Shown here: positions 47,021 to 56,645 of the stretch, in pieces
Numbering within the stretch: the stretch's first letter is position 1
Layout: each line of letters opens with the position of its first letter
Assembly: GCA_030615605.1 (NCBI GenBank)
Contig: JAUWYY010000005.1
Span: 119,067 to 183,066, forward strand
DNA from: a bacterium
GTDB lineage: Bacteria > Armatimonadota > Zipacnadia > Zipacnadales > Zipacnadaceae
Direction of reading: 5' to 3'
Length of the DNA: 64,000 nt
Notes under the pieces: model-generated
Told to the model about the DNA's origin: nothing
Seen by the model: the letters and a program-made list of their open reading frames with translations, nothing else
The model's database searches: none
Position numbers and translations under genes: made by a program

Positions 47021-48322
47021 ATGATGGCGAGGGTATGTGCCGAGTGTGGTGCTGGAGTTACATTGCCAAATGCCGAATTCTGTGCCCGGTGTGGCAAGCC
47101 TTTACCTGAGGAGCCCACACAAGACCCTTCCGCCTCTACGATTTCTGATAAGGCGCAACCGGAAACGCGATGCGCGGCGGAAAAGCCCTTAACCGTACCG
47201 TCTGGCCACGCTGAGGAGCAGATTGCTGCCCCGCCAGTGCCTGCGGTTCCGGTCAATCCGTGTCCATATTGCGGCTTCATGGTAGAGGTGCCTTGGCCTG
47301 AACGCTGCCCCAACTGTGATCGCCTCCTGGAGACACGCCCGTTGGACAGCCTGCCCCGCGTGCCCTGGTCGCTTCGGATTACCGACCGTATGGCATTTGG
47401 GCTCAGCGTGCTGCTAAGTGCGGTGCTTGTGGGAACATTGCTTCGGACGGTGGACGACATTGTCGCCAGAGAGAGTTTAATCCGCCAGATTCTGTTGCCG
47501 GAGGGGATGCTGCGTCTCATCCCGGAGGCAATAACAGTGCTTTTTGTGTGGTCCATACTCCAGGTATTGTGGCGATCAATTATGCTGATCACCCAGCATC
47601 GCTACCCCAGTGGACAGGTTCGCCAAGACTGGCTCCAGACGCTACGGTCGGGAAGGCTGCCTGGTGACCCCGAGGTGATCAGGCAACTGGGGGGAGAACA
47701 GGCCCAGCGGAGCTGGTGGGTCAGCCGGCTGCGAAGATCCCTAACGCATTGGCTCCGCACACGAGACCCCAGCCAAGTCAACGCAGTCCTGGAGCAACAT
47801 GCAGTTCTCGACAGCGAGGCGGTACGCTCGAACTACTCGCTCGTGCGGCTGGCGATCTGGGCGATGCCGATTCTCGGCTTCATCGGTACCGTTATCGGTA
47901 TCACCTTGGCGATCCAAGATTTCTCCCAGTTCCTGGGCGGTGAGGTGGACGACATAGATCGAGTTCGCACCCAGTTGATGCAGGTCACCGAGGGCTTGTC
48001 ATACGCATTCCTGACCACTATGTACGGGCTTGTCACCGCCTTGATTGCAATGTTTGTAACGTCATTCGCGGAGAAGGGGGAGCAGGACTTGTTGGTGGCG
48101 GCGGATCGGTACGCTCTCGACCAACTGGTGCCCGCTCTACAATCGGGGAGCGCGCCAGCAACACAGCGGGGGATAACTGATGTCAAGCAGCGCCCTGAGA
48201 CGGGGCCGGAACAGTTGTCAGAGCAGGTTGATGTGTTGAGCGACCAAGTGGGGGACCCCAAAAAAGAGTTGGAAAGACCACCACGGCGGGGAAAAAAGAA
48301 GCGATCCCAAAAGCCGGAGTAG
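47021..48322 (+). CDS. zinc-ribbon / MotA-TolQ-ExbB-family proton-channel fusion protein
   Basis: RBS 'AAGGAGGCGACG-ATG'. 'CAECG..CARCG' and 'CPYCG..CPNC' ribbons. C-terminus 'MPILGFIGTVIGITLAIQDF...GLSYAFLTTMYGLVTALIAMFV' is the MotA/TolQ/ExbB signature. Confidence 0.7.
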   Translation: MMARVCAECGAGVTLPNAEFCARCGKPLPEEPTQDPSASTISDKAQPETRCAAEKPLTVPSGHAEEQIAAPPVPAVPVNPCPYCGFMVEVPWPERCPNCDRLLETRPLDSLPRVPWSLRITDRMAFGLSVLLSAVLVGTLLRTVDDIVARESLIRQILLPEGMLRLIPEAITVLFVWSILQVLWRSIMLITQHRYPSGQVRQDWLQTLRSGRLPGDPEVIRQLGGEQAQRSWWVSRLRRSLTHWLRTRDPSQVNAVLEQHAVLDSEAVRSNYSLVRLAIWAMPILGFIGTVIGITLAIQDFSQFLGGEVDDIDRVRTQLMQVTEGLSYAFLTTMYGLVTALIAMFVTSFAEKGEQDLLVAADRYALDQLVPALQSGSAPATQRGITDVKQRPETGPEQLSEQVDVLSDQVGDPKKELERPPRRGKKKRSQKPE

Positions 48323-48444
48323 TTTTGGGCTAACGGAATCAGCGGTGAGGAAGCCGCGGATTTGTCGCTTGACGAGTCTTAGTCGCTAGTTTAGAATGGG
48401 GTGTAAGGAACCTTAGTCGCTAGTTTAGCAGGAAGTGTGGGAAA

Positions 48445-49848
48445 ATGAGAACAAGCGAACATGTAACAAGGCCTAGGCCCAAGATAGCCATTGTTATTCT
48501 GGTGGTGGCTGTTGTGTTGTTGGCTGTCTGGTTTGCTATGCGGCTTGTTTCGCTGCGCGCTGAGTCGGCTCCCGGAATAAGCGGGTATGTTGAGCGGGCG
48601 ATTCTCGCTGAAGACTGGACAAAAGTCACAGATCTGCTAGGAACCGTCGATGGAGGAACGGTGTCCTGCGTACCCCGCTTGGTCAAGGCACATGCGTGTC
48701 TCGCCCTGAATCGAAATAATGAGTCGCTCTGTCTTTTCCTGAGCGTCTCGTCGCAAGACGAGCTGAGCGAGTGGAAAAGGTGGACCCAGAACTTTGCAGG
48801 AAGAAACCCGAAAAAGGCTATCGCCCAGTACTTCCGGGGGGATGGCCTGGCACGCCTAAAGCAATGGGACTCTGCCCTGGCGGCGTTCAACCAGGCATTG
48901 GACCCTAATTCGGCCCATGCGCTGGCCTTAAACAGCCGGGGTATTGTGTATGCCGCCAGAGAGCAGTGGAACGAGGCCCTGCTTGATTTCGTTGCTGCAG
49001 CGGAGGCCCAACCTTCCTTTGCTGACGCATACGCGAGCCGGGGTACCCTGAGTATTCAACGGCAGGAAGGCCCCACGGGGGCAGTGCGTGCCTTCAGTCG
49101 GGCCCTCGAGATCGAGCCAGACTTTGCCCTCGCGCGTGTTGGCCGCGCCGCAGTGGAGATGGTCCTGGGTAAGTGGGACGAGGCCGAAAAGGATCTCAAA
49201 CGGGCGCAGGAGTTGTGCAAAGCCGGCCTCGAAACTCTGCATAGGGCGACGTTACTCAACGCAGCCGCCCTCGCTGAGGCTAGATCAGAAGCGGCGAGAA
49301 GAGTACTCCTCGTGGCGACGCACGCGGACCCTGGCATGGGCCTTGACACTCTGATCGGCCGTTTCGACAACCTGTCTTCCAGGGAGCAGCAGGTAGTTGC
49401 TGGAGCAGTGCTGGACGCTGCCGCGCACAACGGAGCCGTGATGGACCTACTACCGGATGCAATCAGCTTGAATGTTGGCCCTATGGTCGGCGTCGGCCCC
49501 AGTGGCCCCATGGTAGGGATGGGGGTCGGTGGCAGCGTTGAGTTCAACCCGCGCGAGCGGACGCAGAACAATCTCGATTGGCAGCAGCCCCTCCTCGACC
49601 ATGCACTGCGCAAAGGCGTAGAGCCCGCGGACATGACCGGCTTGGGCGCGTGGGGGCGCTCACGTCCGGGGCATATAGCCCACGAATTCACCCACCCGCA
49701 GCCAGGCGGAGTGTCTTCCGAGGAGTTCGCCTATGCACCCCTTGACACCGGTGAGTGGAATGCTTACTCGCTTTACGGCCTTGCCTATAACTTCAGAGAA
49801 GGAAACGCTCAGGCAGCGCAACAGCCCAAGCTGGAGGAGGCGGAGTGA
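48445..49848 (+). CDS. TPR-repeat protein with N-terminal TM anchor
   Basis: N-terminal TM helix, then TPR units ('AIAQYFRGDGLARLKQWDSALAAFNQALDPNSAHA', 'LNSRGIVYAAREQWNEALLDFVAAAEAQPSFADAY'). Confidence 0.7.
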   Translation: MRTSEHVTRPRPKIAIVILVVAVVLLAVWFAMRLVSLRAESAPGISGYVERAILAEDWTKVTDLLGTVDGGTVSCVPRLVKAHACLALNRNNESLCLFLSVSSQDELSEWKRWTQNFAGRNPKKAIAQYFRGDGLARLKQWDSALAAFNQALDPNSAHALALNSRGIVYAAREQWNEALLDFVAAAEAQPSFADAYASRGTLSIQRQEGPTGAVRAFSRALEIEPDFALARVGRAAVEMVLGKWDEAEKDLKRAQELCKAGLETLHRATLLNAAALAEARSEAARRVLLVATHADPGMGLDTLIGRFDNLSSREQQVVAGAVLDAAAHNGAVMDLLPDAISLNVGPMVGVGPSGPMVGMGVGGSVEFNPRERTQNNLDWQQPLLDHALRKGVEPADMTGLGAWGRSRPGHIAHEFTHPQPGGVSSEEFAYAPLDTGEWNAYSLYGLAYNFREGNAQAAQQPKLEEAE

Positions 49849-52800
49849 TGATGGGTGCGCGGGTCCGCTGGATTATTCTCGTGTCGCTCGCAATGCTTGT
49901 TGCAGGGGCTGGCCCCAGCCAGGCCGGTCCATTCGTGGCGTACTCTTTGAGAGAAGCCGAACAACACGCTAAATCCGCTCAGCCCGGCCCCAAGGCCAGG
50001 CTCATGGCAGGTATGACCCGTATCGTCGGTGGGGTGTATGACAGGGCCAACAGCGACCTGATAGTCGTGGGCCAGGGTAATCCAGGGGAGCAAAAGATAA
50101 CTCTCGACCATCTAGTCGTGGCTCTTCGTTCCCTTCTGGTGCACCACGAATGGCCCTTGGTGAGCATTGACAATAGCCCCCAAACTCGTCGTACGCACAA
50201 GCAAATCGTTCGCTTCAACGGAGGTATAGAGAATACAGCCTTCGGTAAAGACCTTCTCGAGGCTGATATCATACTGAAGAAGCTGGGGCTCGGCTTGCTT
50301 CCCACTGAACCCGTTGGCATCCGCAGCTATTTCGATCTACGAGTTGACCAAGCCAAGGAAAACGCCGTTGTAGGCAGCATGGCCAGTCGCTTCTGGTTCT
50401 ACCCTATGGACCCGGTTCTGGCGGTGCGCGAGGATGTGTTTGCGATTCAAGAGGTGCGCGTTGGAGTGCGCACTGAGGTACTTGGCGCGCGCTTTGAGGG
50501 CAAGTCCATAGCGGACTTGGCCAAAGTCCACGACAAGATGGGCGACTGTTTCGCTGCGTCTCTGACGGAAAACTACAATCTTGTGAGTGCCGGGTATCCA
50601 GAAATCAATCGCCTCCGGGTGCTCCTCGATCTGGCAGCGCTGAGCTGGGGTGTCAACCGTTTACCGGCGAAGCCCGATTTGAGGTACTGGCTGCGTGACT
50701 ACGACGTCAGGTATGTAGAGACTCCCGCCGACTATCCGGTCCTGAAACGCGAGTCGAAAATCAGCGGGGGAAGGGGCACTTACGTGCTGCAAATGTCTGG
50801 GGGTGTAGAATTGAAGGCGTTGGTGTTGAGGCTGGAGGACGGCGATGTGACAGCCCTCAAAGAAGCGGTTCTGAAATCGCGGCCCGGCCCCCACGCCCTG
50901 GCCTGGCGAGTTCCCCTCGAAGGCTGGCACATTCCCGGTTCGCCAAAGGCGGGCAGGGAAGCCGCAGAGAATTCCATTATCAACGATCCAATGCTGCCGC
51001 ATCAGAACATGGGGTGTTCCATCATGAGCGGTCTGAGGCGTGCTGATGTACCTGCACTCAACGATCATTTCACTGCTGCCGCCATGCCTGGAATAGGCAA
51101 GTCGTTGCCGACGCGTCTTCCAGAGTTTTCCACGCGCACAACGTTGCTACCCTCAACCTCCAGCCCGGTAACCTCCGGTCCACGTTTGACCTTCGAGCCG
51201 GTTCCTGGCGGAGGGCTGGAGCCACGCTTGCTACCAGCCGGTATTGAGCCTGACTCTCTCACACCTCCCTCAGCACCGTTCAAGGCTGCTGACGTCGGCG
51301 GGATCCTACTGCGCGCCGATCCCAAGGCCGAGCTCAGCGAAATCCGTGGCGCGGTGTGGGACGACAAGGGCCATCAGCTAAGCCTGGTGCTATCCTCGGG
51401 TACCAGCAGTGTCCCGATCGAACTGGTAGACGATTGGCGTGCCATACTGCTGTCGGTCTACGGCGGCGAGGACCCGGGTATCTCCATTGACCCCGGCCCA
51501 ACGCGCAACGTGATGCTGGTGCGCACCATTGGCAGGGTCCGGGGCACTCGCCTGGCCAAGGTTATGCTGGAAGCTGACCGGCTCCTGAAGAACTATTCGC
51601 TGGGCCGCGATAACCGCACCGGGGAGCCGATGAACCCTGACATCCCTGGCTACAATCCACTCGTAGACATTATCTGGGAGACCGGACTGCGCTACAATGG
51701 GGCTCTTACGCGCACATGGTTCGTGCCGCGCCCGGTCCCCATCAGCGAGGCGAGAGGGCGGTTATGCTTTGGGGAAGTGCAGATTGAGGCGCGCACCGAG
51801 TACGACATGGAGGGGCTGCGTGGGGAGCGCGAGCCCGCTGCCAAGCGCTATGCGCAGTTTTTCACCGACAACTACGAGCAGTTTGCAGAGCTCCATGCAG
51901 AGCTTGGGCAGCTCAAGGAATACGCTAAGTTAGTCGCTTTGGCCAAGTATCTACGCCAGGAGGCCGTGCCCCTGAACTGGTTGATTTTTGCCCTACCCTG
52001 CCGCCAGCAACCGATAGAGTGTCCGCCTACCGAGATGGGCTATACGATAGGCGCGGAGGAGACAGGTGGCTTACAAATCTGGGGCGGAGTGCAACTAGGA
52101 ACAGGCGTGGAGACGCAATACGATCTTTCCGCCATGCCTGCTGCCACCCTTGATCTACTGGCTCTGGAAGCCTACGCGGCGGCTCAGCTGAGGCAGATCG
52201 ACGGCGTCATCGAACCTGGGCAGCTGCCCGCCCTCCAGGCTGAGCTGGAGAACCAGCCTCAGACTGTGCTTAGTTTTCCCGCTCGCGTGCGTACCACGAC
52301 GGGACGTTGTGTGGACATATACAACGACGCCGTCGTGCGAGACCAACACGGGCCAATTCTGCAGCTCACTCGCGTTCAGGGCACGTACGGAGGCGAGGAG
52401 TTCGGGCGTGGCTGGAGCTTGTTCGTGCCGTATAGCTTGAGGCCGTCAACTCGTACAACGACCGTCGGTCAACACTCAGTCCCGCGCCGCATAACTATAG
52501 AAGACCAGCTCAGCGGGTGCTCATTTGTTCTCGAAGTTACCCGGGACAAGGACGGTACCATAAGCTACCGCTCAGATGATTGCTGGTGGATACGGGGGGT
52601 TTATCCACGGACAGGGACAGATGGCGGGTGGGTAATGGAAGACTACTGGGGCGACATATTCAGCTTTGACAAGCACCTGCATCTGGTACTAGTCGACCTT
52701 GGACGAGATAACCGCTGGGCATACGAGTGGAGCGATGAAGGCAGAATCGTGAGTATCTGCGCACTACCGTATTCGATCACTCTGGGACCGCCTGAGCACG

Positions 52801-53387
52801 ATACCCCGCTCGGACTGGTCCCTCATAACATTGCTGTTGAAGACCGGGCGGGGCGTCACATTCTGTCGTACGAAGCTGTCAAGGGAACCGCAGTCAGCTA
52901 CAGCGCAACTCAGGGGCCATGGCGGGTCTTTGTCATGACTGAGGGACAGCCTCTGCGTCTCATAGACGCCGCCGGGCGCACACTGGTCTACGACGCTAGC
53001 GGCGTTCTCCTGTGCGTTGAGCGCCAGCCCGTCCCTGCCCCAGGCGCCATGGGCTATTGGGCAATAGACCTCAAGTATGGCAATCAGGGTTACGTTGTGG
53101 CTGCAGAGTTGGCCGGGGCCGGGGACGTCTACTATGCCTACAACGACAAAGGCGAGCTCCAGGTGGCTGTAGATCCACGCGGCTGGCCGGTATACTCCTC
53201 ACCAACTCCAGCGCCGCAAGCCGGTCCACATGTTGCCTGGCCGCTCGCGGTTGCCTTGGTCGTGGTCGTGATGGGTATCACGTGGTATCGTCGGCATCGG
53301 GGCGCTGGAATCACAGGCGCTCGAAAACCAGCGATGCACGCCGGCAGAGATGCCGAGCCAGACAAAGGTTCCCCTGGGGCCCGATGA
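49845..53387 (+). CDS. large (1180 aa) secreted/cell-surface protein with C-terminal TM anchor
   Basis: Signal peptide 'WIILVSLAMLVAGAGPSQA'. C-terminal 'WPLAVALVVVVMGITWYRRHRG'. 4-nt overlap with the TPR gene. Confidence 0.65.
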   Translation: MMMGARVRWIILVSLAMLVAGAGPSQAGPFVAYSLREAEQHAKSAQPGPKARLMAGMTRIVGGVYDRANSDLIVVGQGNPGEQKITLDHLVVALRSLLVHHEWPLVSIDNSPQTRRTHKQIVRFNGGIENTAFGKDLLEADIILKKLGLGLLPTEPVGIRSYFDLRVDQAKENAVVGSMASRFWFYPMDPVLAVREDVFAIQEVRVGVRTEVLGARFEGKSIADLAKVHDKMGDCFAASLTENYNLVSAGYPEINRLRVLLDLAALSWGVNRLPAKPDLRYWLRDYDVRYVETPADYPVLKRESKISGGRGTYVLQMSGGVELKALVLRLEDGDVTALKEAVLKSRPGPHALAWRVPLEGWHIPGSPKAGREAAENSIINDPMLPHQNMGCSIMSGLRRADVPALNDHFTAAAMPGIGKSLPTRLPEFSTRTTLLPSTSSPVTSGPRLTFEPVPGGGLEPRLLPAGIEPDSLTPPSAPFKAADVGGILLRADPKAELSEIRGAVWDDKGHQLSLVLSSGTSSVPIELVDDWRAILLSVYGGEDPGISIDPGPTRNVMLVRTIGRVRGTRLAKVMLEADRLLKNYSLGRDNRTGEPMNPDIPGYNPLVDIIWETGLRYNGALTRTWFVPRPVPISEARGRLCFGEVQIEARTEYDMEGLRGEREPAAKRYAQFFTDNYEQFAELHAELGQLKEYAKLVALAKYLRQEAVPLNWLIFALPCRQQPIECPPTEMGYTIGAEETGGLQIWGGVQLGTGVETQYDLSAMPAATLDLLALEAYAAAQLRQIDGVIEPGQLPALQAELENQPQTVLSFPARVRTTTGRCVDIYNDAVVRDQHGPILQLTRVQGTYGGEEFGRGWSLFVPYSLRPSTRTTTVGQHSVPRRITIEDQLSGCSFVLEVTRDKDGTISYRSDDCWWIRGVYPRTGTDGGWVMEDYWGDIFSFDKHLHLVLVDLGRDNRWAYEWSDEGRIVSICALPYSITLGPPEHDTPLGLVPHNIAVEDRAGRHILSYEAVKGTAVSYSATQGPWRVFVMTEGQPLRLIDAAGRTLVYDASGVLLCVERQPVPAPGAMGYWAIDLKYGNQGYVVAAELAGAGDVYYAYNDKGELQVAVDPRGWPVYSSPTPAPQAGPHVAWPLAVALVVVVMGITWYRRHRGAGITGARKPAMHAGRDAEPDKGSPGAR

Positions 53388-53479
53388 ATGCAGTCTTGGG
53401 CTCCAGGCTCCGCTACGCCGCACCTGGCGCCCCGGGCATAGGCAGCCCCGGGCAGGACGGCCTCCGGCGCCTGTGGTCG

Positions 53480-53782
53480 GTAGCCGAGTGAACTGTGTGG
53501 TCGCACCGTATTATAGTGCCTTCGCCAGCGTTCGATGAGCACCTGCGCCTCTTTGAGTGTGTAGAAAATCTCCCCATCGAGCAACTCGTCCCGCAGCTTG
53601 CCATTGAACGATTCAATGTAACCATTTTGCCACGGGCTGCCCGGTTCAATATACAGCGTTCTCACGTTCAGTTGGCGCAACCATTCGCGCACATTCTTCG
53701 CCGTGAACTCCGAACCGTTATCGGACCGCAGGTAGTACGGCGCACCGCGCTGAGTGAACAGCTGCGTCAGCCGATCCAGCAC
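53480..53782 (-). pseudogene. IS3-family transposase OrfB C-terminal (DDE) fragment
   Basis: 'YYLRSDNGSEFTAKNVREWL...IEPGSPWQNGYIESFNGKLRDE...YNTVRPHSSLGY' is the IS3 integrase-core third-Glu region. No upstream part. The ORF runs on artefactually to 53138. Confidence 0.7.
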
Positions 53783-53953
53783 GTCCTATTGAATCAACCT
53801 CTGCAACTAACGAGAATGTCTGAAAGCATAGCAGACAACGCCATGGGCCGCCCGCTTGCTGTATCGCTTTGACCGCGTGGTATTTGAGACAGTCGGACTG
53901 AGACTTGCGCTACGGATACTGATGTGTGGAAACTACATCACAAGCACGGGCCA

Positions 53954-54499
53954 TCACGAGTTAGCTTCGGCAGCCGCTATCCAAGAGCCGATGATTGCGC
54001 CGATCACCAGTCCAGCGAAGGTCAGCTCAACTAGGGGCCAGTCAATGACCTGGAAGTAGCAAAGTGCCAGCCCTATCAGGCCGCCTATAGCCCCGGAAAC
54101 GTAAACTGCAAAGACTGGGGGTGGTGTGAAAACTGGTGCGCGATATGAGGGAATCCCGAGGGGATACCGGTCGAAGCTGGGGTAGTCCGGCAAGTGACTG
54201 CGTGTGCGATACGGCTCTTCAAACAGTTCTTCTCTTACCTGATCCGAGGTGGGGTTCACGAGCCTTGCAAGCTCGTTCAGCGGGGGCAAGGATTCGATCC
54301 AGTCACGAACGTCTGCAGCAGCAAACCACTGTTGGGGGGCCTGCGACCACGAGATCCTCTTTAACAGCGTGATGTAGGCGGAGTACAGCTTGGGCTCGGA
54401 AACATCCGCAAGCGCGTTCTCCACGGCGCCTCGGCCGAGGTGAGGCGCAATCTTGACCACTTGATCAACGACCATTGCCAAGATGTTGCCGCTTAGCAT
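53954..54499 (-). CDS. hypothetical protein with C-terminal TM helices
   Basis: Last gene of the minus-strand Cdc48-Hsp70 array. Hydrophobic C-terminus. Confidence 0.45.
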   Translation of the reverse strand: MLSGNILAMVVDQVVKIAPHLGRGAVENALADVSEPKLYSAYITLLKRISWSQAPQQWFAAADVRDWIESLPPLNELARLVNPTSDQVREELFEEPYRTRSHLPDYPSFDRYPLGIPSYRAPVFTPPPVFAVYVSGAIGGLIGLALCYFQVIDWPLVELTFAGLVIGAIIGSWIAAAEANS

Positions 54500-54566
54500 G
54501 CTTCTCAGCTCCCATGCTCGCCTGATAAGCCCTCACTCTGCCCATTCTCGCCTCTTTGCCAGTGTC

Positions 54567-56621
54567 TTAGGTATGGCGCCAAGATCCCAGGTAGACATAA
54601 CCGGTCATTACCCCCCAAGCGATGGCAAATGCCGGTAGCCAGGCAGTTGGTGAAGCGATCCAAGCGATGGCCCCGATAGCTGCTGGTATCTCGGTGGCCC
54701 CAACCAAGAACTGTAGAATGTGGAATGGGTGTATGTCCATGGATTCGACCATCGCCGCTGCCAGACTGGGTGTAGCGGCCTTGATGACAAAGACTATTGA
54801 CACAGCCCATAAGAGTAGCGTGTAGATATCTTCGGTGCTTCCCTTTGACATCCTCATCTCGCAGCATGCGTAGGCCAGAGGGACAGTAATCAGTGCTGCG
54901 AGGGCTACATTGCCCACGATTGTGGAGAAAAATGCCACCGTGGCACGTTCCTCCTCATCATCTGTCCGTAGCATTCGAATGAATAGTTCGTACCAAAGCC
55001 GTCCGATAGCCAGAGCGATTATCATCATCCCTCCCGGCGCGAAAACTTCGTGCCAATCGATGTCGTAGTAAAGCAGGAGTAGTCCTGCGCCGAAAACTAC
55101 AGCCACTATTGATTGGGCGGCCGCGCCAATATGCGCGATTGCCGCCGCGATGTTCACGGGCTGTGACTGAGCGGCTGCGATAAGTGTTACGAGCCTGGTG
55201 AAACCCCAATGGACAGCCAGCAAGATTAACGCTCCGTATCCGCCGATCCATACGACACTAGCGATGGTCAAGCGCTCCGGTTCGAGGCCATAGTCATAGT
55301 AGGCGAGAGCTGCCATCACCAAGGTCCCGAGCGCCGCGTGGCCAAACAGAGTCGCTAAGAAACCCAAGAACGCTTCACTGTGATCAACATGCTCGGTCTG
55401 TGTTGCAGGTTGCTCTGCGGCGTCACCGTTTCCGTTTGCCGAGCGAGCCTTGTACATGGCACTGAGACATGTACGCCACAGCACGGCAAGCCCGGCCACG
55501 ATACTGACGAAGAGCACGTCTAGAGGGAAGGGCAACGCTCCCTCAGACGCGGGCTCCCTGTCAAACCATACGAGGAGGGATAACCCCAGAACCGCGCACA
55601 GGAGGGCTCCGGTAGTTTCGCGCCGGTCTGGAAAAAGCATGATGACTGCGCCCGCCGGCACCAGCGGGTTGAAGAGTCGACTGATGATACCCAAGATGTA
55701 GGGCGAGACCACCAGCAGGAACCAGGCAAGGCCACCGCTGACCAGTAAGAGGTCCCAGCCCTGAAACCCGAAGGTCGCCGCCAGCGTCAGGACAAGCGAG
55801 TAAACTAGAGTTGTGCTGCCGGCCCACCTGGCAAAAGCAGCCGATCTCTCAGTGCTGGGAAAAGCAAAAAGAGTCCCGAACCAGTAGCGCAATAAGAATG
55901 GCAGCGGTACAAGCATGACCAGCCACTGCACTTCCACACCGACCTTGTCAAGTGCATTTGCTGCCAGTTCAATGGGCACGGCGAGGGCAAAGCAGCCAAT
56001 AGTCCCCTGTATCGTGGTCAGTAGAGCAGTGCCGATAGTAGGCCGGCGGAAAGAAGCGCGCACAAATCGACACTGACCGGCTATGGTCTCTTGGCTTTTT
56101 AGCAGCCACTGAGATCGGCAGCCTGATGGTATGAGGAACTCAACGTTGCGTCTTCCCACGCTGAGCGCTACGGTTCTGCTTGTGATTATTTCCCATCCGG
56201 GGAAGTCCATGTCCTGAACTCCCGCCACGGAACTCTGGCACCAGTTCAGGACGCGACGTCTCAATTCGGCTGGTTGAATGTCACGTTGTGCAGAGGCCTC
56301 GTCTTCGATGTGTCGCCATACATCTGCGCGGGGCAACAGGTCAAATATGAACGGTCCCCAGCGGGCCCGGACGTCTCGCAACAGCCGGTCCCGCACGCGG
56401 ACACAAGCCAGGTGCATTTGACGGTGTTGAAGGAGTTGATCGCGCGCGTGCACGACCTTTGGCTGTAGGTCAGGATAATCGGCAATCAGGTCAAGCGTCG
56501 CATCAATGATGCGGGGACCTTCCGCGCCAGGAGATACTCCCAAGGCTTGCAGGTAGTAGCCCTGGTCCAGGAGCGCGTTGACATCCTCCATTGTATTTGT
56601 CATCATTCTGTCATGAGCCAA
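54567..56621 (-). CDS. large polytopic membrane protein (684 aa) with N-terminal soluble domain
   Basis: About 200-aa hydrophilic N-terminus followed by more than 12 predicted TM helices. Starts 24 nt after the Hsp70 stop. Confidence 0.55.
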   Translation of the reverse strand: MAHDRMMTNTMEDVNALLDQGYYLQALGVSPGAEGPRIIDATLDLIADYPDLQPKVVHARDQLLQHRQMHLACVRVRDRLLRDVRARWGPFIFDLLPRADVWRHIEDEASAQRDIQPAELRRRVLNWCQSSVAGVQDMDFPGWEIITSRTVALSVGRRNVEFLIPSGCRSQWLLKSQETIAGQCRFVRASFRRPTIGTALLTTIQGTIGCFALAVPIELAANALDKVGVEVQWLVMLVPLPFLLRYWFGTLFAFPSTERSAAFARWAGSTTLVYSLVLTLAATFGFQGWDLLLVSGGLAWFLLVVSPYILGIISRLFNPLVPAGAVIMLFPDRRETTGALLCAVLGLSLLVWFDREPASEGALPFPLDVLFVSIVAGLAVLWRTCLSAMYKARSANGNGDAAEQPATQTEHVDHSEAFLGFLATLFGHAALGTLVMAALAYYDYGLEPERLTIASVVWIGGYGALILLAVHWGFTRLVTLIAAAQSQPVNIAAAIAHIGAAAQSIVAVVFGAGLLLLYYDIDWHEVFAPGGMMIIALAIGRLWYELFIRMLRTDDEEERATVAFFSTIVGNVALAALITVPLAYACCEMRMSKGSTEDIYTLLLWAVSIVFVIKAATPSLAAAMVESMDIHPFHILQFLVGATEIPAAIGAIAWIASPTAWLPAFAIAWGVMTGYVYLGSWRHT

Positions 56622-56645
56622 GATGCCTATACTACGTTCAACTGT

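Noticed and set aside
53138-53480. Extension of the IS3 OrfB fragment ORF to 214 aa
   Set aside because: Transposase similarity stops after '...RPHSSLGYRPQAPEAV'. The remaining ~110 codons are Ala/Gly/Pro-rich read-through with no homology.
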